Shown: positions 35,540 through 51,198, counted from the first letter of the whole stretch. The stretch is DNA of 61,152 nt, filler included, from Circinaria calcarea (GCA_051942165.1; 19 parts of 19 records of this genome joined end to end with filler, not necessarily neighbours in it); one strand, 5' to 3'. Made by a program: numbers and translations. The notes: generated by a model not told the origin, from the sequence alone.

Positions 35540-38022
35540 AAGTTATCAGAGCTTCTCAACCCAGTTCCCCACCCACGCGCCCCTCTGCCGAACATCATGA
35601 CGGATGCAGGTGTCGACCAGCACCACAATCGATATCCATCAATAACCTCACCTCTCGAAGCTCTTGCGATTGCCGCCACTGCAAGCGCATCCGGTACTTC
35701 ACCGACAGAATCCTCCGGCGCTCCACTGATTGCATCAGACAACCAGCACCAGAATCACTCCGACTCGTCCTCACGACCAGGATCAAGTCACTTTTCACTT
35801 CCAATGCCTCCTAACTTCTCTCAGACTCCGAATCAGCCACAAGATCCTTTTTCTCCTGCGTTCGAGCACCATCCTCACGTCCTACATCAGAACGGTGTGG
35901 GGAGGCTCTCGGATATAGCGGATGGTACTTCTAGAGAGCTACCACCGCTGCGCGGACTCACTTCAGATGAGGTGGATCAGCCGATCCTAGCCTATCCAGC
36001 TGGAGGCTTTCCTACCCATTCACGCAACTCCAGTAGAGAGATCACCTCATACGAGCAGGTAGTGCAGGGGCCTAAACTCGTGAACGCACAGGTCAGCAGC
36101 CCGGCATTGGATAGAGTTGGGCATGCAGAGTCCGATTCACAGGCGCAACACTCATCGCCAGAATACATTCAACAATCCGAGCCCATTATTGGCCGAGCTG
36201 ATGTCAAGTCAGAGCTCGTTGAGGAAGCTCAACCTCCCGACCTGGAACAAGAAAACTGTCGCGATAAAATATCAACACCCACGGAGCATGTTGCAACGAC
36301 TGAGGATATGCTTATACCTAACCTTGCCCCAGAAGTGAAGCGTGAAGATAGTACAAAGGCATCAGTGATAGCACCGGAGATGGCCATGCCTTTGCCGAGC
36401 ACTCCATCTACTGCAAAACCATCAGCATCCAAAAAGCGTCCAGCGCCCAAGGCCGAGAAGAAGATAGAGAAAAAAGGGACGGCGAGCGCCATCAAGAAAC
36501 CGGCCGCCAAGAAGCGCAAGATCGACACCGAGAGTATGGATGGCACACCCTTCTCCCATCGTTCGGCAACACCGGCGTCGAGTCGTGCAAGTAAAACACC
36601 TGCACCAATACCTGGACCCCGGTACTATCAACCAAATTCCGCGACACCCCTGCATAGCTCCCCAGCGCCGGGAAATAAAGACATGGGTACAAATGAGGAT
36701 GAGGATATGGATGATGGAGAGCTCTTTTGCATTTGCCGTAAACCGGATGACCATACTTGGATGATTGCATGTGACGGGGGATGTGAGGACTGGTTTCATG
36801 GGCGATGTGTCAATATGGACGAAAGGGATGGTAATCTGATCGACAAATACATATGTATGACGTCCTATCGCTTAAAGGGGAAATAGCGCTGACTCTCTTG
36901 TAAGGTCCCAATTGCAGAGAAAAGGGGATCGGACAGACTACCTGGAAACCCATGTGTCGACTAGATTCGTGCCGTGAACCAGCGCGGGCCACTGGCCCAA
37001 AGCCATCAAAATACTGTTGCGACGAGCATGGTGAACAGTTCATGCGAAAAGTTGCACTCGGGGAAGAGGCTAGGAGCGGGGAAATGGCCAAATCAACGAG
37101 TACCACTAGGAAGCGAAGGAAAGACAACTATACGGATCATATTGGAAACGGCGATGATACTTTAATGGACATGGTCGCACCGGACGGTGAGGATGATGAT
37201 CAAAGCCACTTGCGGGGCGGCATCCTTCGGGCAGGAGAGCTAAAAGCCCTTACCAATGGAATCAAAGACCTCGACGACTTCCGTAAATTGGGCGAAGGTG
37301 TGCTTAGCCCACCTCGAACCGCCAGTCCGGACAACCATTCTGAAAAACCCTCATCATCCACTTGCCTAGACTCGGAAAAGGCAAAACTCATTTACACACC
37401 CGAAGAACAAACCCAACTAGCTGAAATAAGCGACAAAAGATCCTCCCTTCGACGTCAACGCGCCGCGCTAGACGACCGAGAAAGGTTCCTCGGGTTGGTG
37501 AGAGCCCGTGCGAAGAACGTCCTTGACGAACTCAAAAAGAAGGATGGTGTCAAGGACATTTGCGGTTTCGACTCCCGCCTCAGCTGGTCGGAGTCGGAAT
37601 TCGATACCTGGCGCACCTCGCCCGAAGGCCGTTCGTCCCTCGAAACCGGCATCCTTTGCCCTCCACCCTCGACCGCTGCTCCTCTGTCCCAGCACCAGCC
37701 TCCCTCGAACTCCTCCGCCGACAAACCCCTGACAAACGGCACCACTCCCGCCTTACCGCCCACGACGACGGACGACCTCAACGAGCTTAGTCGCGGCGTG
37801 TGCCTGAAGAAACGGTGCGAGCGTCACAAGACGTGGTATAAGCTGCAGCAGCAGGATATCGCGTTTGAAAAGGAGGAATGTAGACAGGAGATGCGGAAGC
37901 TGGAGAGGGAGGAGAAAGGGGTGGGGGAGAGGGCGATGGTGAGGCGGTTGGAAGGGAGAGATGGTGTGAGTCAAGGGGGAGAGAAGGAGGTGGACGGGTT
38001 AGGTGTGAAGATGGGGGATTGA
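35540..38022 (+). CDS. SPP1: Set1C/COMPASS PHD-finger subunit Spp1
   Basis: PHD finger LFCICRKPDDHTWMIACDGGCEDWFHGRCV..YI|CPNC across intron 36855-36904, then CRLDSCREPAR..SKYCCDEHG, DICGFDSRL and CLKKRCERHKTW. The frame is open back to the contig start. Confidence 0.92.
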
Positions 38023-41000
38023 TTGATGATGTTTATTTGAGGTTTTCCGGACAGGGCCTCTACTTGCGTTTCTTATCTGATACCCCCACCCCAAACACGC
38101 TTTCTGCGGTTTCCAAACCCGCGCACTGCATCACTGCCCTGGAGCGGGGCCTTTTTTTTCAATCGAAACCCTCAATAAGGTATTCTAGGGTAGGGTAGGG
38201 TAGGGTAGGGGTCTTTATGGCCACGAAATGACCGAAAAATACGAGAACATGAAATGAAATGAAACGAAACGAAATGAAATAATTACCCTTCCTTCTCTCC
38301 CCCCTCCCCAAAAAGAACAAAAGAAGAAAAAAATCACCCGAACCAATATGGCAGAGGCGATGCGATGCGATGGGCCCCTGGGGGAGGGGGGGGGCGGGAA
38401 AGGAAAAAGATCCCAAATGTACAATCAATCTACTGTATCTGAGACCTGAAAACCTAAACCCTTCCTTGCCGCTGCCCTACGGAGTACCCCATTGCCTGAA
38501 GAATGTAAAATGTAAAATGTAAAATGTAGGACATAGATACAAAACCAAAATTCCAAGCTAATCTAAGCTAAGCTAAATTAAATTTCCCTGGGGTTTTTAT
38601 AAGCTGTTAATGTATCTTCGGGCTTTTGCATCATGCCTAGGGTGGGGGGTTGAAGGGGAAGNNNNNNNNNNNNNNNNNNNNNNNNNNNNNNNNNNNNNNN
38701 NNNNNTTAATTAATTAANNNNNNNNNNNNNNNNNNNNNNNNNNNNNNNNNNNNNNNNNNNNCCTGGCTTTCGAATATCTGAGAGATACAATCTCGCTACG
38801 GGATTTGAGAGGGGTGTACGTGGTTATGGTGGAAAAGGGTCTTCGAGTGCATGTGAGCCTAGACGAGATGTGGGAACGGATGGATGAAGCGGCCGGACAT
38901 CAAAGAAGTGTAGATAGGCGGTCTTAGCCTCAGAGGCTTCGGAGAAGCAGCGTGACCTGAGAGATACAGGAGTATTTGACGCTACCGTTTATTGGTGACT
39001 CCGTCCTAGCTGACATACTGTCCAAGCCTGACGTTGTCAAAAGAATTTTGAATTAGGTAATCAGACCATGAAACTTAGGTGCCGAAAGAGGCTTAAACGC
39101 GCATATTTCTATTGATATGACCATCACCGGCGCATCATTGTTCCTATCGTACTCTGGGTTGTTGACATGATGATCGCGAGGTATGTTTCAGCTCAGGAAC
39201 GATTCCTTCCTAGTTCGATATCAAATACTGGCGCTGTCCAATTAATGACTCCCAGGATACAGGATACATTCCTATTTGGTATGAACTGACAGGTAGGGAA
39301 AACCGCTGCAAGCAGTTGAGATATGCCGAAAGGAATTGATGTTCTTAGACAAGAACTGCCTAGAATCCCGGCGAGGAAGGGGGAAGGGAACAGCAAGGGG
39401 AGAGAAACACCCTCAGTAGAACAGACTAGGACCCCAGATGAGAGTAAAAATAATGATCGGGAGATTTCACCCACAAGTGCTTAGTAGGATTCCATGCGGT
39501 CAATACCACGCAGCTGATAGATTGTGGACTGCACCGGTCTTGATGATTCTTTGCTGATGCAAATCTGACAACTGGGACTGACAGTATGCAACTGTTTAAT
39601 TGTCAGTAGAGTAAAAATGCAGTGCAATCATCAAAGTGAGAGCGGCCGTATCTATACCCTGTGCGAAGCGAGCCTCTGCCCCTCCCGTTTCTTCAACCCT
39701 CACCATTTAGCGCCATATAAGCAAACCCTTAGCGTCAGAATTTCTATTATTTTCCTGACTATTTAGCGCTCGACGTTCAACGATAGAAGCTGGAGACCTT
39801 AAAGAGGTAATCGTGCAACACGAGATTGCCAGAGATAGCAACTATAGCGATTTAAATCTCTCAAGCGAAAACCGCCTTCACGTGGCCCTTATGGAGTAGC
39901 CTCGGCGATATATGTCGTCCGTTTTCGCTTACTGGCGCTTAAGCGTGTCATATCAACAATGTACTGCTCTTTACCTGTATTATCTAGCCAAAACCTCTGC
40001 TGGTCTAGTATCTTCCTGTTAAAAAGCCCGGGTACAACCCTCGGATCTCAGGAGTAAAACAACTTCATAGCTCCTAAGCCAGCATTACTCTACATAATCC
40101 CTCGAAGTCCAAACACCTACTGCTCTGAATTCTCGTTTTATAAAAATGGCCGACTCTAAACCATGAGATCTCCAGCAATTGCCTTCAAGATGCCAAACTG
40201 ACACATACACGAAGCTACCAAACTAAAGGGAAACTGGACTGTCTCTACAGACCGTCTAGTCTTGTACCACCCACCCGGCGGATTACCTAGGCCATTCTTG
40301 AGAGATGGAGGGGGGCTCTTCGGTATCAGCTCAGGACGCCGGTTCCAGGATAACGCGTACTTGTACACCAAAGCAAACGAACCCGAGCCAACACATCACA
40401 GCCTGAGGAGGACACGCATTCAATGCTCATCACACGAAGTCGCAAATAAAAACCGCCCGTCGGCACTCCGGGTTCAAATGCACGGCTTAGCTGCATCTAA
40501 CCTCCACGGTAAATACAACCGGGCAGCCACTCAAACTCAAAACTAAACCTAAATACCGCCGCTGCCAGCCCCTTAAATCTCTCTCGAAACCTCATGCTTT
40601 TCTCGAAAATATCCAACCCAATCATTCAGCCGTCGTATAGACGGTCGTACAGGAACTACAGTAACTAGATAATTCTTCAATCCCCGCCTCCTTACCCATC
40701 CAATCACCCCGCCAAGCTTATCGCAAGTTGCAGGGAACCGCAATCGCAATCCCAATCCCCCGCTTATACCTACAGCAATCCCTAACCCCGTCCCGCCCTT
40801 GACGAAAAACCCTGCTTCATCTTAGTTTCGGGAGAACATCATGCAGGGCCTCCCATGCTTTCCCTTGCCCTTCGAACCCCTTCCTGCACAAACCAGATAA
40901 ATCCCCTTCATGATAACAATACTCTACTAGCAGGTAAGCATGACCCGGTGGCACAAGTCCCCCCCCATCTGCTTTGAAAATACACAAACATTTGGCCCCC

Positions 41001-41786
41001 CTCGACTCCTACCCCACCCCCTACTTTACCGTGAGGGGGCGTGCTACCCGTTCAAAAACGCCCCCACTCACACTCGAGTACCCCGTACTCCACATGTACG
41101 TTATAGACAGCACCCAAACAAATCCCCCGCGTCGAATCTTTAAACATCCCCTCCACAAAATCTTTCCCTATCCCGAAAAGCGACAAAAAGCCCCCCCTCT
41201 CTACGAACTCCACTCATCTCAAACCCGATCGCCACGAATTCCCCTAGATAAATCCCCAGTTCCCTGCCTGCTCTACCATACCCCTGAGAAAGACGACACC
41301 ACCTTCTCGTCCTCTACACTCCTCCGGGGGCCCCGGGCCAGAAAAGAAAAAGTCAAAAAAAACCCCCCCAGGTTACCATACAGGGTTCCCAGCAGTTCAT
41401 GCGCGTAAATTTCCCCCCGCGCGCGCGCTCTCCCTCCCTCCCGTCGGCTCTACCAAATTGCCAAACTCCCTAAACTCCCCAAATCCATAACCCCAAAAAA
41501 TCTCGGCCGAAAAAAAAAAAAACTCAATCTGCATCGCCAAGCGGGGAAGAGAAGCGAAAAACACGTGTGGGGAAAAGTCTGTCTTTTCTCTTTTTTTTTT
41601 AACCTTTTTTCCCCCGCCGGGGGTTGGGCGGCGTGGATTGGAAGGGGAAATTTTTAGCGGATTCGGTTTACGGTACTGGTAGTTCCCCTCCCCCGTTCAG
41701 CAGGCGATCAAAACTACGGATACGTACGGAGTACGCTCCCCCCCCCCGGGGTTAGATAGATATGGTAGGGGGCGTCCTGCATCATA

Positions 41787-41856
41787 TTTCACATTTCACA
41801 TTTCACATTATCACATTATCACATTATCACATCTTCACATCTTCACATTATCACAT
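41787..41856. repeat. Microsatellite-like (TTTCACA/TTATCACA/TCTTCACA)n
   Basis: About 9 consecutive 7-8-nt units at the contig end. Confidence 0.85.
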
Positions 41857-41979
41857 CCAACCGTCCCCTTCCCCTTCCCNNNNNNNNNNNNNNNNNNNNN
41901 NNNNNNNNNNNNNNNNNNNNNNNTTAATTAATTAANNNNNNNNNNNNNNNNNNNNNNNNNNNNNNNNNNNNNNNNNNNN

Positions 41980-42393
41980 ATGAATGTCATTATTAGCATG
42001 GATGAAGCGAGTCTCGGTGCTGTGGTCCATGATATATCATCCTCCCGCGGTGGGCACATCTTATCTCTCGATGATGCAGATGTCATCTCAGCGACCAATC
42101 CCGGCCAATCCCGAGAGGACCTACCAATGATCGATTTGCGCAGAGTCTACGCACCTCCGGACCCTTTCGCAATTTCATCAGTGGGTGATAGCAACGAACA
42201 TGGCATAGCCAACGACAGTAACAGACAAAGGACCATCACAGCAAGAGTCCCGCTTAAGGAAATGGTCGGATATCTGAAACATCTCCGAAGTCTGACGGGC
42301 GGAAGAGGTACCTTCGTTATGAGCGTCGACCGTTTCGAGAAGATGGGGAGTCAGAGAGAGAAAGCATTACTGAAAGAAATGAGAGGAATGTAA
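41980..42393 (+). CDS. MEF2: Mitochondrial ribosome-releasing factor 2 (EF-G2), C-terminal domain V
   Basis: [56 protein letters not shown]. 5' truncated. Confidence 0.88.
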   Translation: MNVIISMDEASLGAVVHDISSSRGGHILSLDDADVISATNPGQSREDLPMIDLRRVYAPPDPFAISSVGDSNEHGIANDSNRQRTITARVPLKEMVGYLKHLRSLTGGRGTFVMSVDRFEKMGSQREKALLKEMRGM

Positions 42394-42560
42394 TCCACAT
42401 CCATTCACCAAAGTCTCTACTAAAGCCTTCTCCCTACCTAAAGTGTTTCAGCGATTCTATCACATGACTCGTCCATCAACCTGGCGACAAACAAACCTTC
42501 CAACAGAGATAACATTCCAAGAAACCGTGCAGCGTATGCCCACGTCATCCCCAAGAAAAT

Positions 42561-43492
42561 ATGTCACTCCTAGGATTACCACCTGAAATCCACTCCATGA
42601 TCTACAGCTACCTCCTCTCTGTGGACGGTGTTATTATCCTCTTTCCTGCCCCGGGTTGTACCATAATGGACGAGGTAGACATAGATGACTACTTCGGGGA
42701 TAATGATTCACTTCCTGCTCTAAGTGATGTCCTACTTCCGGAATCAGCCATCGCTTCACCTAGGCCGATGATTCCTTTCACACTGGAAAGCTTCATCCTA
42801 CGAGCTTGCAAGCTTCTTGACGCTGAAGTTACGCCTGTCCTCTACAGTACCCTATTTATCATCAATGTGTAGCGCCCTTTGAGACTAGTCATAACAGGTT
42901 CCAATACGGAAACCGTGGCTTTCCAGCGCTGGTTTGAATGTCTCTCTAGAGAAGACACGAACACCGTGCAAAGAGTCAGGCTTGTTGGATGACTAGAGAA
43001 ACACAACCCTAACTCCTTCCCTATGAATTACAGAATCGGATCTGTCCGTGCTTCGGGCAAGATCTGACCATCCAGGCAATGCAGTCGGCATACATTAGCC
43101 TCATAGTTACACATCTACTACGGTATCTCACAAAATTGCGGGTCATGGAGGTGCAGCTGCTCGATTGGCGCACCAAGTTACGGGATCCATGGAGGACCTA
43201 GTAAGACAGTCCGGCGCGTTGAAGGAGGTAAGGGATCTTAGAGTGGACGGCAAAAAAAGAAAACCTGAGTGAAGAGCAGAGGGATATGCAAAGGAATCTG
43301 CAGCAGATAATTGATGAGAGGAAGGAAAGGACTATGGTGATGAAGCAGTACAACAGTACGACCTTGGAAAGATTCTTAACAAAATTTAAAGGCAAAACTC
43401 CTCGCTTAACTGAAGAGATGGGAGCATGTTTCAAGGCGCTGATGACTTGCTTCGAGGGCGCTGGCGGAGTTCAGGATGCTGACACGCTTTAA
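42561..43492 (+). pseudogene. F-box-like (LPPEI..IY) gene, disrupted
   Basis: MSLLGLPPEIHSMIYSYLL..ILRACKLLDAEVTPVLYS, then TAG at 42870. Protein-like fragments continue in broken frames to 43492. Confidence 0.5.
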
Positions 43493-43721
43493 AACCCTCC
43501 TTATGGGCTCTGAGATTCTGGCGGTCTTCACAAATGCTGGCGAGCTTTTAGGATACCGGCGGGCCCTTCAATATGCCCAGTAGGCTTTCGAGGTCCCTAG
43601 CTCGCTGTTGAGATTTCGCTCGGCCTCGAGGTGCTTATCTGGGCTCCAAAATCCTACTAGACTTTAGGAACCCTAGGCGGCTCTTCACAACGCTGGCAGG
43701 TCTTCAGGATACCCAGCCAGC
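43430..43721. repeat. Cryptic minisatellite, about 15 degenerate 18-21-bp units
   Basis: Consensus near TTCAGGATGCTGGCGGGCT, for example ttcgagggcgctggcggag / ttcaggatgctgacacgct / ttcacaaatgctggcgagct / ttcacaacgctggcaggtc. Confidence 0.6.
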
Positions 43722-44281
43722 AAACTTAGACCACCCACCTACCCCCAACTTTTGAGATAATTAACGGATGCATAATAGAATAGAATAGAATAGGGATCCC
43801 TCCCATCCCATCCTATTCTTTTTCAAACATCTTTCAACCCAGAATGGAGAGAGGAGCTCTCGTGATCGCAAAAACATGTGTTTCATTCTTTCCTATGCTA
43901 ATCTATCATACTCACAAAGTCTTACTACTACTACTCACTCGCAAGTTTTTTCTCACGTTTCTGGAAGTTGGAGTTTTTGCGTCACACCTGGTCTTGGAAT
44001 CGAATCTTCACTGTTACCTTAATTCACTCGCAATGACACGACCAGTACTATTACTCAATGCCAAACGCCCAACGCAAAACCCGGGAAAAATCGTCAAGCA
44101 AAATTCCAATGACTCCGCCATTCTCCATTCCCCCTTTCCTTGTTCCCAGTACTCGCTTTCACCACTCCATCCCTATCCCTAAACCCCAACCAAATCTCCT
44201 TCGTTCAAAGCATAGACAACCCCCCACCCAGAGAAACCACCGGCCATCTGTATTCCCTCCCCCTTTTCCCTCACACAGATC

Positions 44282-45096
44282 ATGGCTTCCAAACCCTCGC
44301 TCTCACACTCCCAACCGTCCTTAACCTCGAATGCGAATCCCAACTCGAAAGCCGGTAGTTCATCCACCTCCACCGCTTCAACCAGTGTCGCTGCCCCAAA
44401 TGCTTCGTCAATGAGACCCTCTATCGCCACGGCGTCATCCCCGGCGACCAGAGTACCGAGCCTCGCACTTCCGCCTCAGATGCCAATGCCAATAGCAGCA
44501 CCAGTACCATGGATAACGCCACCGTCTCTCCGGCCACTAGCAGTCAGGACACAACCCCACACGACGTCATCGGTAGCCTTCACTTCGATCCCCTGGATCG
44601 GGGCTGGGGGATTTGTGAATGAGCTCCCGGCTTTTCATAGCGGAGACGGAGATAGAGAAGGTGAAAGAGGGCGACGGTCCTCGCAAGTGTCGCCAAGAAG
44701 TAGCATCGAAACTCTTCATGTCCTTCAGCAAGTACGGCAGGGCGAAGATGAAGAAGAAAACCGCACGATACTGATTGGGATCTCCGGCGCTGCGTCGGCG
44801 GGGAAGACGACGCTGGCGCATCTGTTGCTGAGTCTGTTTTCAATGGAGACGGGGACGGGGACGGGGACGGGGACGAGGACGCGACCGCAAGCGTTTTTAG
44901 TTCAACAGGATGATTTCTTGGTTCGGAAGACGTTGCTCGTACCATCCCGTTCCCGCTCTCACTCTCGAAACGGATCTAGATCTGATGGAGAAGGAAGGGA
45001 GGAGGAGTATGACGCCGACTGCGCCTCCGCGTATGATATGGTAGCTTTCAAACGGATACTACAGTACGCAAAGCGAGAGGGGCGTTTACCGGGACG
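44282..45096 (+). CDS. Nicotinamide riboside kinase-like P-loop kinase with long low-complexity N-terminus (3' truncated)
   Basis: TILIGISGAASAGKTTLAHLL (Walker A), VQQDDF, and YDADCASAYDMVAFKRILQYAKREGRLP, typical of NRK1/uridine-kinase-like proteins. Confidence 0.75.
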
Positions 45097-45196
45097 NNNN
45101 NNNNNNNNNNNNNNNNNNNNNNNNNNNNNNNNNNNNNNNNTTAATTAATTAANNNNNNNNNNNNNNNNNNNNNNNNNNNNNNNNNNNNNNNNNNNN

Positions 45197-45638
45197 AAAG
45201 CCATCCTTTTCAAGGACACCGAAATTGCAGAAGCAATTATGAAGGCCACAACACCAAAGAAGCAACAAGCCTTGGGGAAACGGGTGAAGAATTTTGAGGG
45301 CAAGGTGTGGAACGAGAATAAAGAGAAGATCGTGGAAGAGGGCAACTGGAATAAATTTACAAATCCGGTCGAGGATGAAGGATTGAGGAAGAAGTTAGTG
45401 GAGACAGGTGAGAGGGAGTTAGTCGAGGTGGGTAGAGATACTAAATAGACGGGGGAGTACTGAACGATGCTGACACATCGTGAGGCAGGCATCACCAAGA
45501 GATAGGATATGGGGAGTAGGGTATGATGCGAAGAACGCAGAGGCCAATAGAGCGAATTGGGGAGAGAATTTGCTAGGAAAGGCTTTGATGAGGGTCAGAG
45601 CACGCCTGAGAGATGCGGAGAGATTACCATCGCTCTGA
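45197..45638 (+). CDS. NADAR (YbiA/DUF1768) family protein, 3' part
   Basis: KAILFKD..ALGKRVKNF..KF..LVETGERELVE|ASPRDRIWGVG..WGENLLGKALMRVR. Intron 45428-45488. Confidence 0.92.
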
Positions 45639-46060
45639 TGGACTTTGAATGTGTCTCTGAAACCATTTCTTGAATGTTCAACGACTGCCTGTCTCACAAG
45701 ACAACGATTACGCATGCCGCATGTGTAGAATAACATACTAGACTAGGCTCCAATTCTTCGGAGGTCTTGGAGATATTGGCGATTTCGCTGAACTTGGGTC
45801 TCTGATTGGCAGCTCAGGTTTCAATTTTATCTTGCTAAGTACAATCAGTAATTCGGGTTATGCTATATCTTTATGGAATTCCACGAGAATTCTTACGAGT
45901 CATCTCTAGACCCGCTATCCTCAAGTATTCGTTACAGCGAGGGTATCATGACCGTTAAGGTCGCCACAATGGGCTCGTGACGGGATCCAAAAGAAATTAC
46001 TCGTTCTTGTTCCTGTAGACCGAGGCTCCAATAGAATTCAGCAGACAGTCAATACCGTAT

Positions 46061-47415
<1,355 letters not shown>

Positions 47416-50400
47416 GGTTTTACTGCTGCGAGTGTGGTAGGCCAGGTAGTCTCTGTTATGATTCCTCAATCATCTTAGGCATTCGCATTATTTACTTTCT
47501 TCGAGGGATCTCAAAGTTGGCACTAAGAAGACGCTAATTTGCCCAGCCGAGGACCCTGAAGACTTACCAGTCACGCAGTGCTGCTTTTCAAGATTCCCCA
47601 TGGGTCCAGAGGTATTTACCAGTAAATATCAATATCGCCCTTTTTAATTTTGTACGTAGAGTATTCCCCAACAAGCATTCTCACTACTTCAATGCTTTAA
47701 CCTCCTGTTCTCACGGTTCCATGATTTTCCTTGTCAAAGTTTACTTTGTGCAACGAAATTACGTTTCCCCCCTTTGGATTTCAGTTTCGATCCCATTCAT
47801 CTTGCGAATAGCAGCTAGCTTCGATGGCGTTCTCTGCGGTCCAAGAGGATTCGGTTTCTTGGCAATCATCTGGGCTGGAAAAGCGGACACACATGGCACG
47901 AATAAAGAGGCGACCACTACCACTCATATACACCAATGCAGCATCACTTCACATTGGAGCAGTAACCTAAGATACGGTAGAAAAAAGGTGGAAAAGCCTT
48001 TGGTCACAACGTTCATGTGGATGGAAATCGCCGAAATTGTCAAACGCTCACAAGCCTTGGAGGACCGAGACCTCATAGTGATTCATTGACTTATGCCAAA
48101 CCTCGTCAGGTCATGATTTTAACCTAAATCATTCCTAGTAACTACACCCATGCTTTTCCAGTCCTGTCACATCCAGTAAATGCATGAGAAGATGCCTCCC
48201 ATACGCCATGGCTGTTCAAGGAGATGCCTATGGACCAACTAAGAACCAGCCTGCTTAACCAGACCGGCAACCTTGCTTGCCAAATCATCAGCTTCACCCC
48301 GCGTGGCTGCTTNNNNNNNNNNNNNNNNNNNNNNNNNNNNNNNNNNNNNNNNNNNNTTAATTAATTAANNNNNNNNNNNNNNNNNNNNNNNNNNNNNNNN
48401 NNNNNNNNNNNNCCCTGTTTCTCTCTACCACTCCCCCCCCAAAAAAACAGGACACGCAAAAAGTACTCTACCGCCACCGTTACTGGCACTGGCACCAGCA
48501 CTGAAACTGGCACTAGCACTATCTCGAAACCTAACATGCACATTTTCTTATAAAAATAAAATATCCCAGAAAGAAATCAGAACTCGGATATTACAGCTAA
48601 CGATAAGATCTGATAGGGGTAGCTGGCAAGTTTTCTCCGCTTTACTTCCAACTTCCAAAAAACTTCCATCTTTTCCACGGGCCACGGCCATAGTACCATA
48701 AGGATTTTTTTTATTTCCCCGAGTTTTCTGGAAAATACTTTGTTTTTTTTTGGGGTGGTGGTAACAGACATTTATTTAAATCAAGAAAAAGGTGTAACGA
48801 TTATCATCGAAATGGTTAATAAATTACCAGTTCACGCAGTTTTACTTTATTCTTTCTAGATTAGGTGGAGTAGTTCCAAAATCAATGTTATGCTGCACCA
48901 CGGGTTGGGTTGGGCTTTCACTGAGTTGAATTCGGGTCTTTAACATAGGGTTGACTTGGGTTTTGGGTTAAACCCATTTTAACTCATTATTAACTATTAT
49001 AATAACGAGCTGCGGTTTGCGTTGACGAAAATTCAGCTCGGCAAACGAAGCAGGCCTGACGATGAGGATGATACTGGAGGGAACGCAAAGGATCCTGGCA
49101 CACGGGTAGCCTTACCAGCGGAAGAAACGACTTTGCATTTGAGAGATGCTGGAGAGGTCGGACTAGAAGGAGAAGCTGCACAAGAAAATAGAGCATCGTC
49201 ATGTGAGAATAGAGACCTGGATCCTCTTGCTCCCTCCAAGCGTCGGAAGGGGTCCGAGGTTAAACCCGCGGTTGCTCGGGTTCTTGGGCGTCCATCGATG
49301 GACGCTCAAGTCGATAGCGAGCAAGTACTCGACAGAGAGCACGGAGTAAAGCTCTTGCAAAGTACATGAGAGGCATATGAATGCGGAGCAAGTCAAAAGA
49401 CACAGCCGAGAACCTCAAAGGTTGTAGCTACGGGCGACGAAGGAAGGCTGCTTTTCTGGTATACCATCTGGTATTTTGTTCACATTTACTGGAATTCGTT
49501 CGAGTATCTCTCGCCAAAGCCTTAGACTCATGGCTCAAAGGTTAGGTCCGCATGGCCTTTAGCTAGCAATTCAGTACACTCGGGCTCTTTGAATACCGGT
49601 GTAGATTCCCTGGTGAGATGGGTTTACGTCGTACACTTCATAAGGGTGCTGGTGGCTCCATTGACAGCCCTTCTCTAATCACTAAGACTTGAGAAAAGAA
49701 CTTTGTTGCTTGTACGGGATTTCGTTAGGCCTTCTCGGCGCTTTACCGAGGTACTTGTACGAGGCTGCTCCTGCAATTGACTTCTGACAACGTAACACGG
49801 TCGATCTTTTCTGTGGTGTGCCCGTTGCTCCCGCCGCCATCCCGCCAAGAGCCTAGAGCTGCTAAAGTCTCCACCTTCGGGACGAGGCGATGTCGATGCG
49901 ATACCTTACAGTCAAGATCTCATTGGAGACCTTCAGCCGTCTGTTGGCTATGTGCCTCATGGGAATGCGCGTTACACTCGCAAACTGAGACAACACCATG
50001 TGTATACTATCGTATTCTCAAACTTCGATGCGAGTCGGCTTCTTGGCTCAAGGGGGTAGAACGCCACGTTCGCCGTTGTCAGCCAAGCCCTTCCCGTCCA
50101 TTAATATTGATCACCTTTGGCGGATCGATTGTGGCCAGTCATAATAAGCAGTTGACGAGGTCTGGGGGCGGTTTAGTCTCAGCTGAACGTTAAGCCTGCA
50201 GCTATGGCGTGCGCTCAAAGACCGGACCTGCATCAAAGAAACGTCATGTAGGATATTTCCAGCCTTTTCTCCATCACATCTGTACCGTCGATGATCTTGT
50301 ACCTGAGGGATCGTCGTCCAGGCTGAGAACGTTCTCTTTTAACCTTTACTAGTCTTACATGTACCCAGCAGAAGATCCTTGACTCGTATTTCCACTAGCA

Positions 50401-51198
50401 AAATTGAAACCCGATATTGTCTTGTTAGGAAGCACCTTCTGTCGATTCGTTTTGTACGTAATAAGTACGTCCAAATCCGTGATGCAGCGTGTTTTCCTTC
50501 CACTCATTAATATTGCTATTAATCTCTACATATCTCAGATCAGTCTCTGAACCTTTACGAGAAACTGCCCCCACAATGACGAGAGATGAAATATTGATTT
50601 CATTCATCTGCGAGGCTCCAGTCTACGGAGTCTGCTGTAGACATGAAGTTTAAGACTGGATGAAATGTCAATCGTCTCAATGGAGAGCGGGATGAAGTGC
50701 ACACTCTTTGCGGGATTGAGAAGGCAAGGTTGGATACGAAGTGCCAAGACGGAATCCGACCTCTCTCCACCTCCATGAAGTGTGATATCGATTACGCACT
50801 CGTTGCTGGACGAAGCAGCCCAAGGCGGCGTAGAAAGTCTCAGGCGGGGTCAACTGGAGATGGTGGAGAACTTTCAGCTATAATAATCGGCTCCTGTCCT
50901 CGTTCTCTTTCCCCATCATCAACAATCCGATCACCACCAGTCGACAGTCTTACAACACCAAAGGTCCTCGAGTTGAAAGCTTTCATCACTTTGACCAACT
51001 TCCAACTGTAAATCAGCTCCGTTTGTCCTTTCACCACATCTTTGCAAAGGAACTGATCTTTAACCGGGACTCATTACAGAAATCCAGTCGCGTTCTCTCT
51101 TCTGCATCTCGTCCGTTCTCGAAAATCAACCTCAAAGTGTGTGAGCTGAGTAACAGTCTCGTTGGCACATATTCTGACTGATTCGTTGAGCAGGCAAG

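Noticed and set aside
38185..38212. Telomeric repeat
   Set aside because: It is (TAGGG)n with a few copies, internal and among other microsatellites, not a terminal TTAGGG tract.
48880..49000. hAT-like subterminal GGGTT/AACCC repeats
   Set aside because: Suggestive, but no matching terminal pair or 8-bp target duplication was found.
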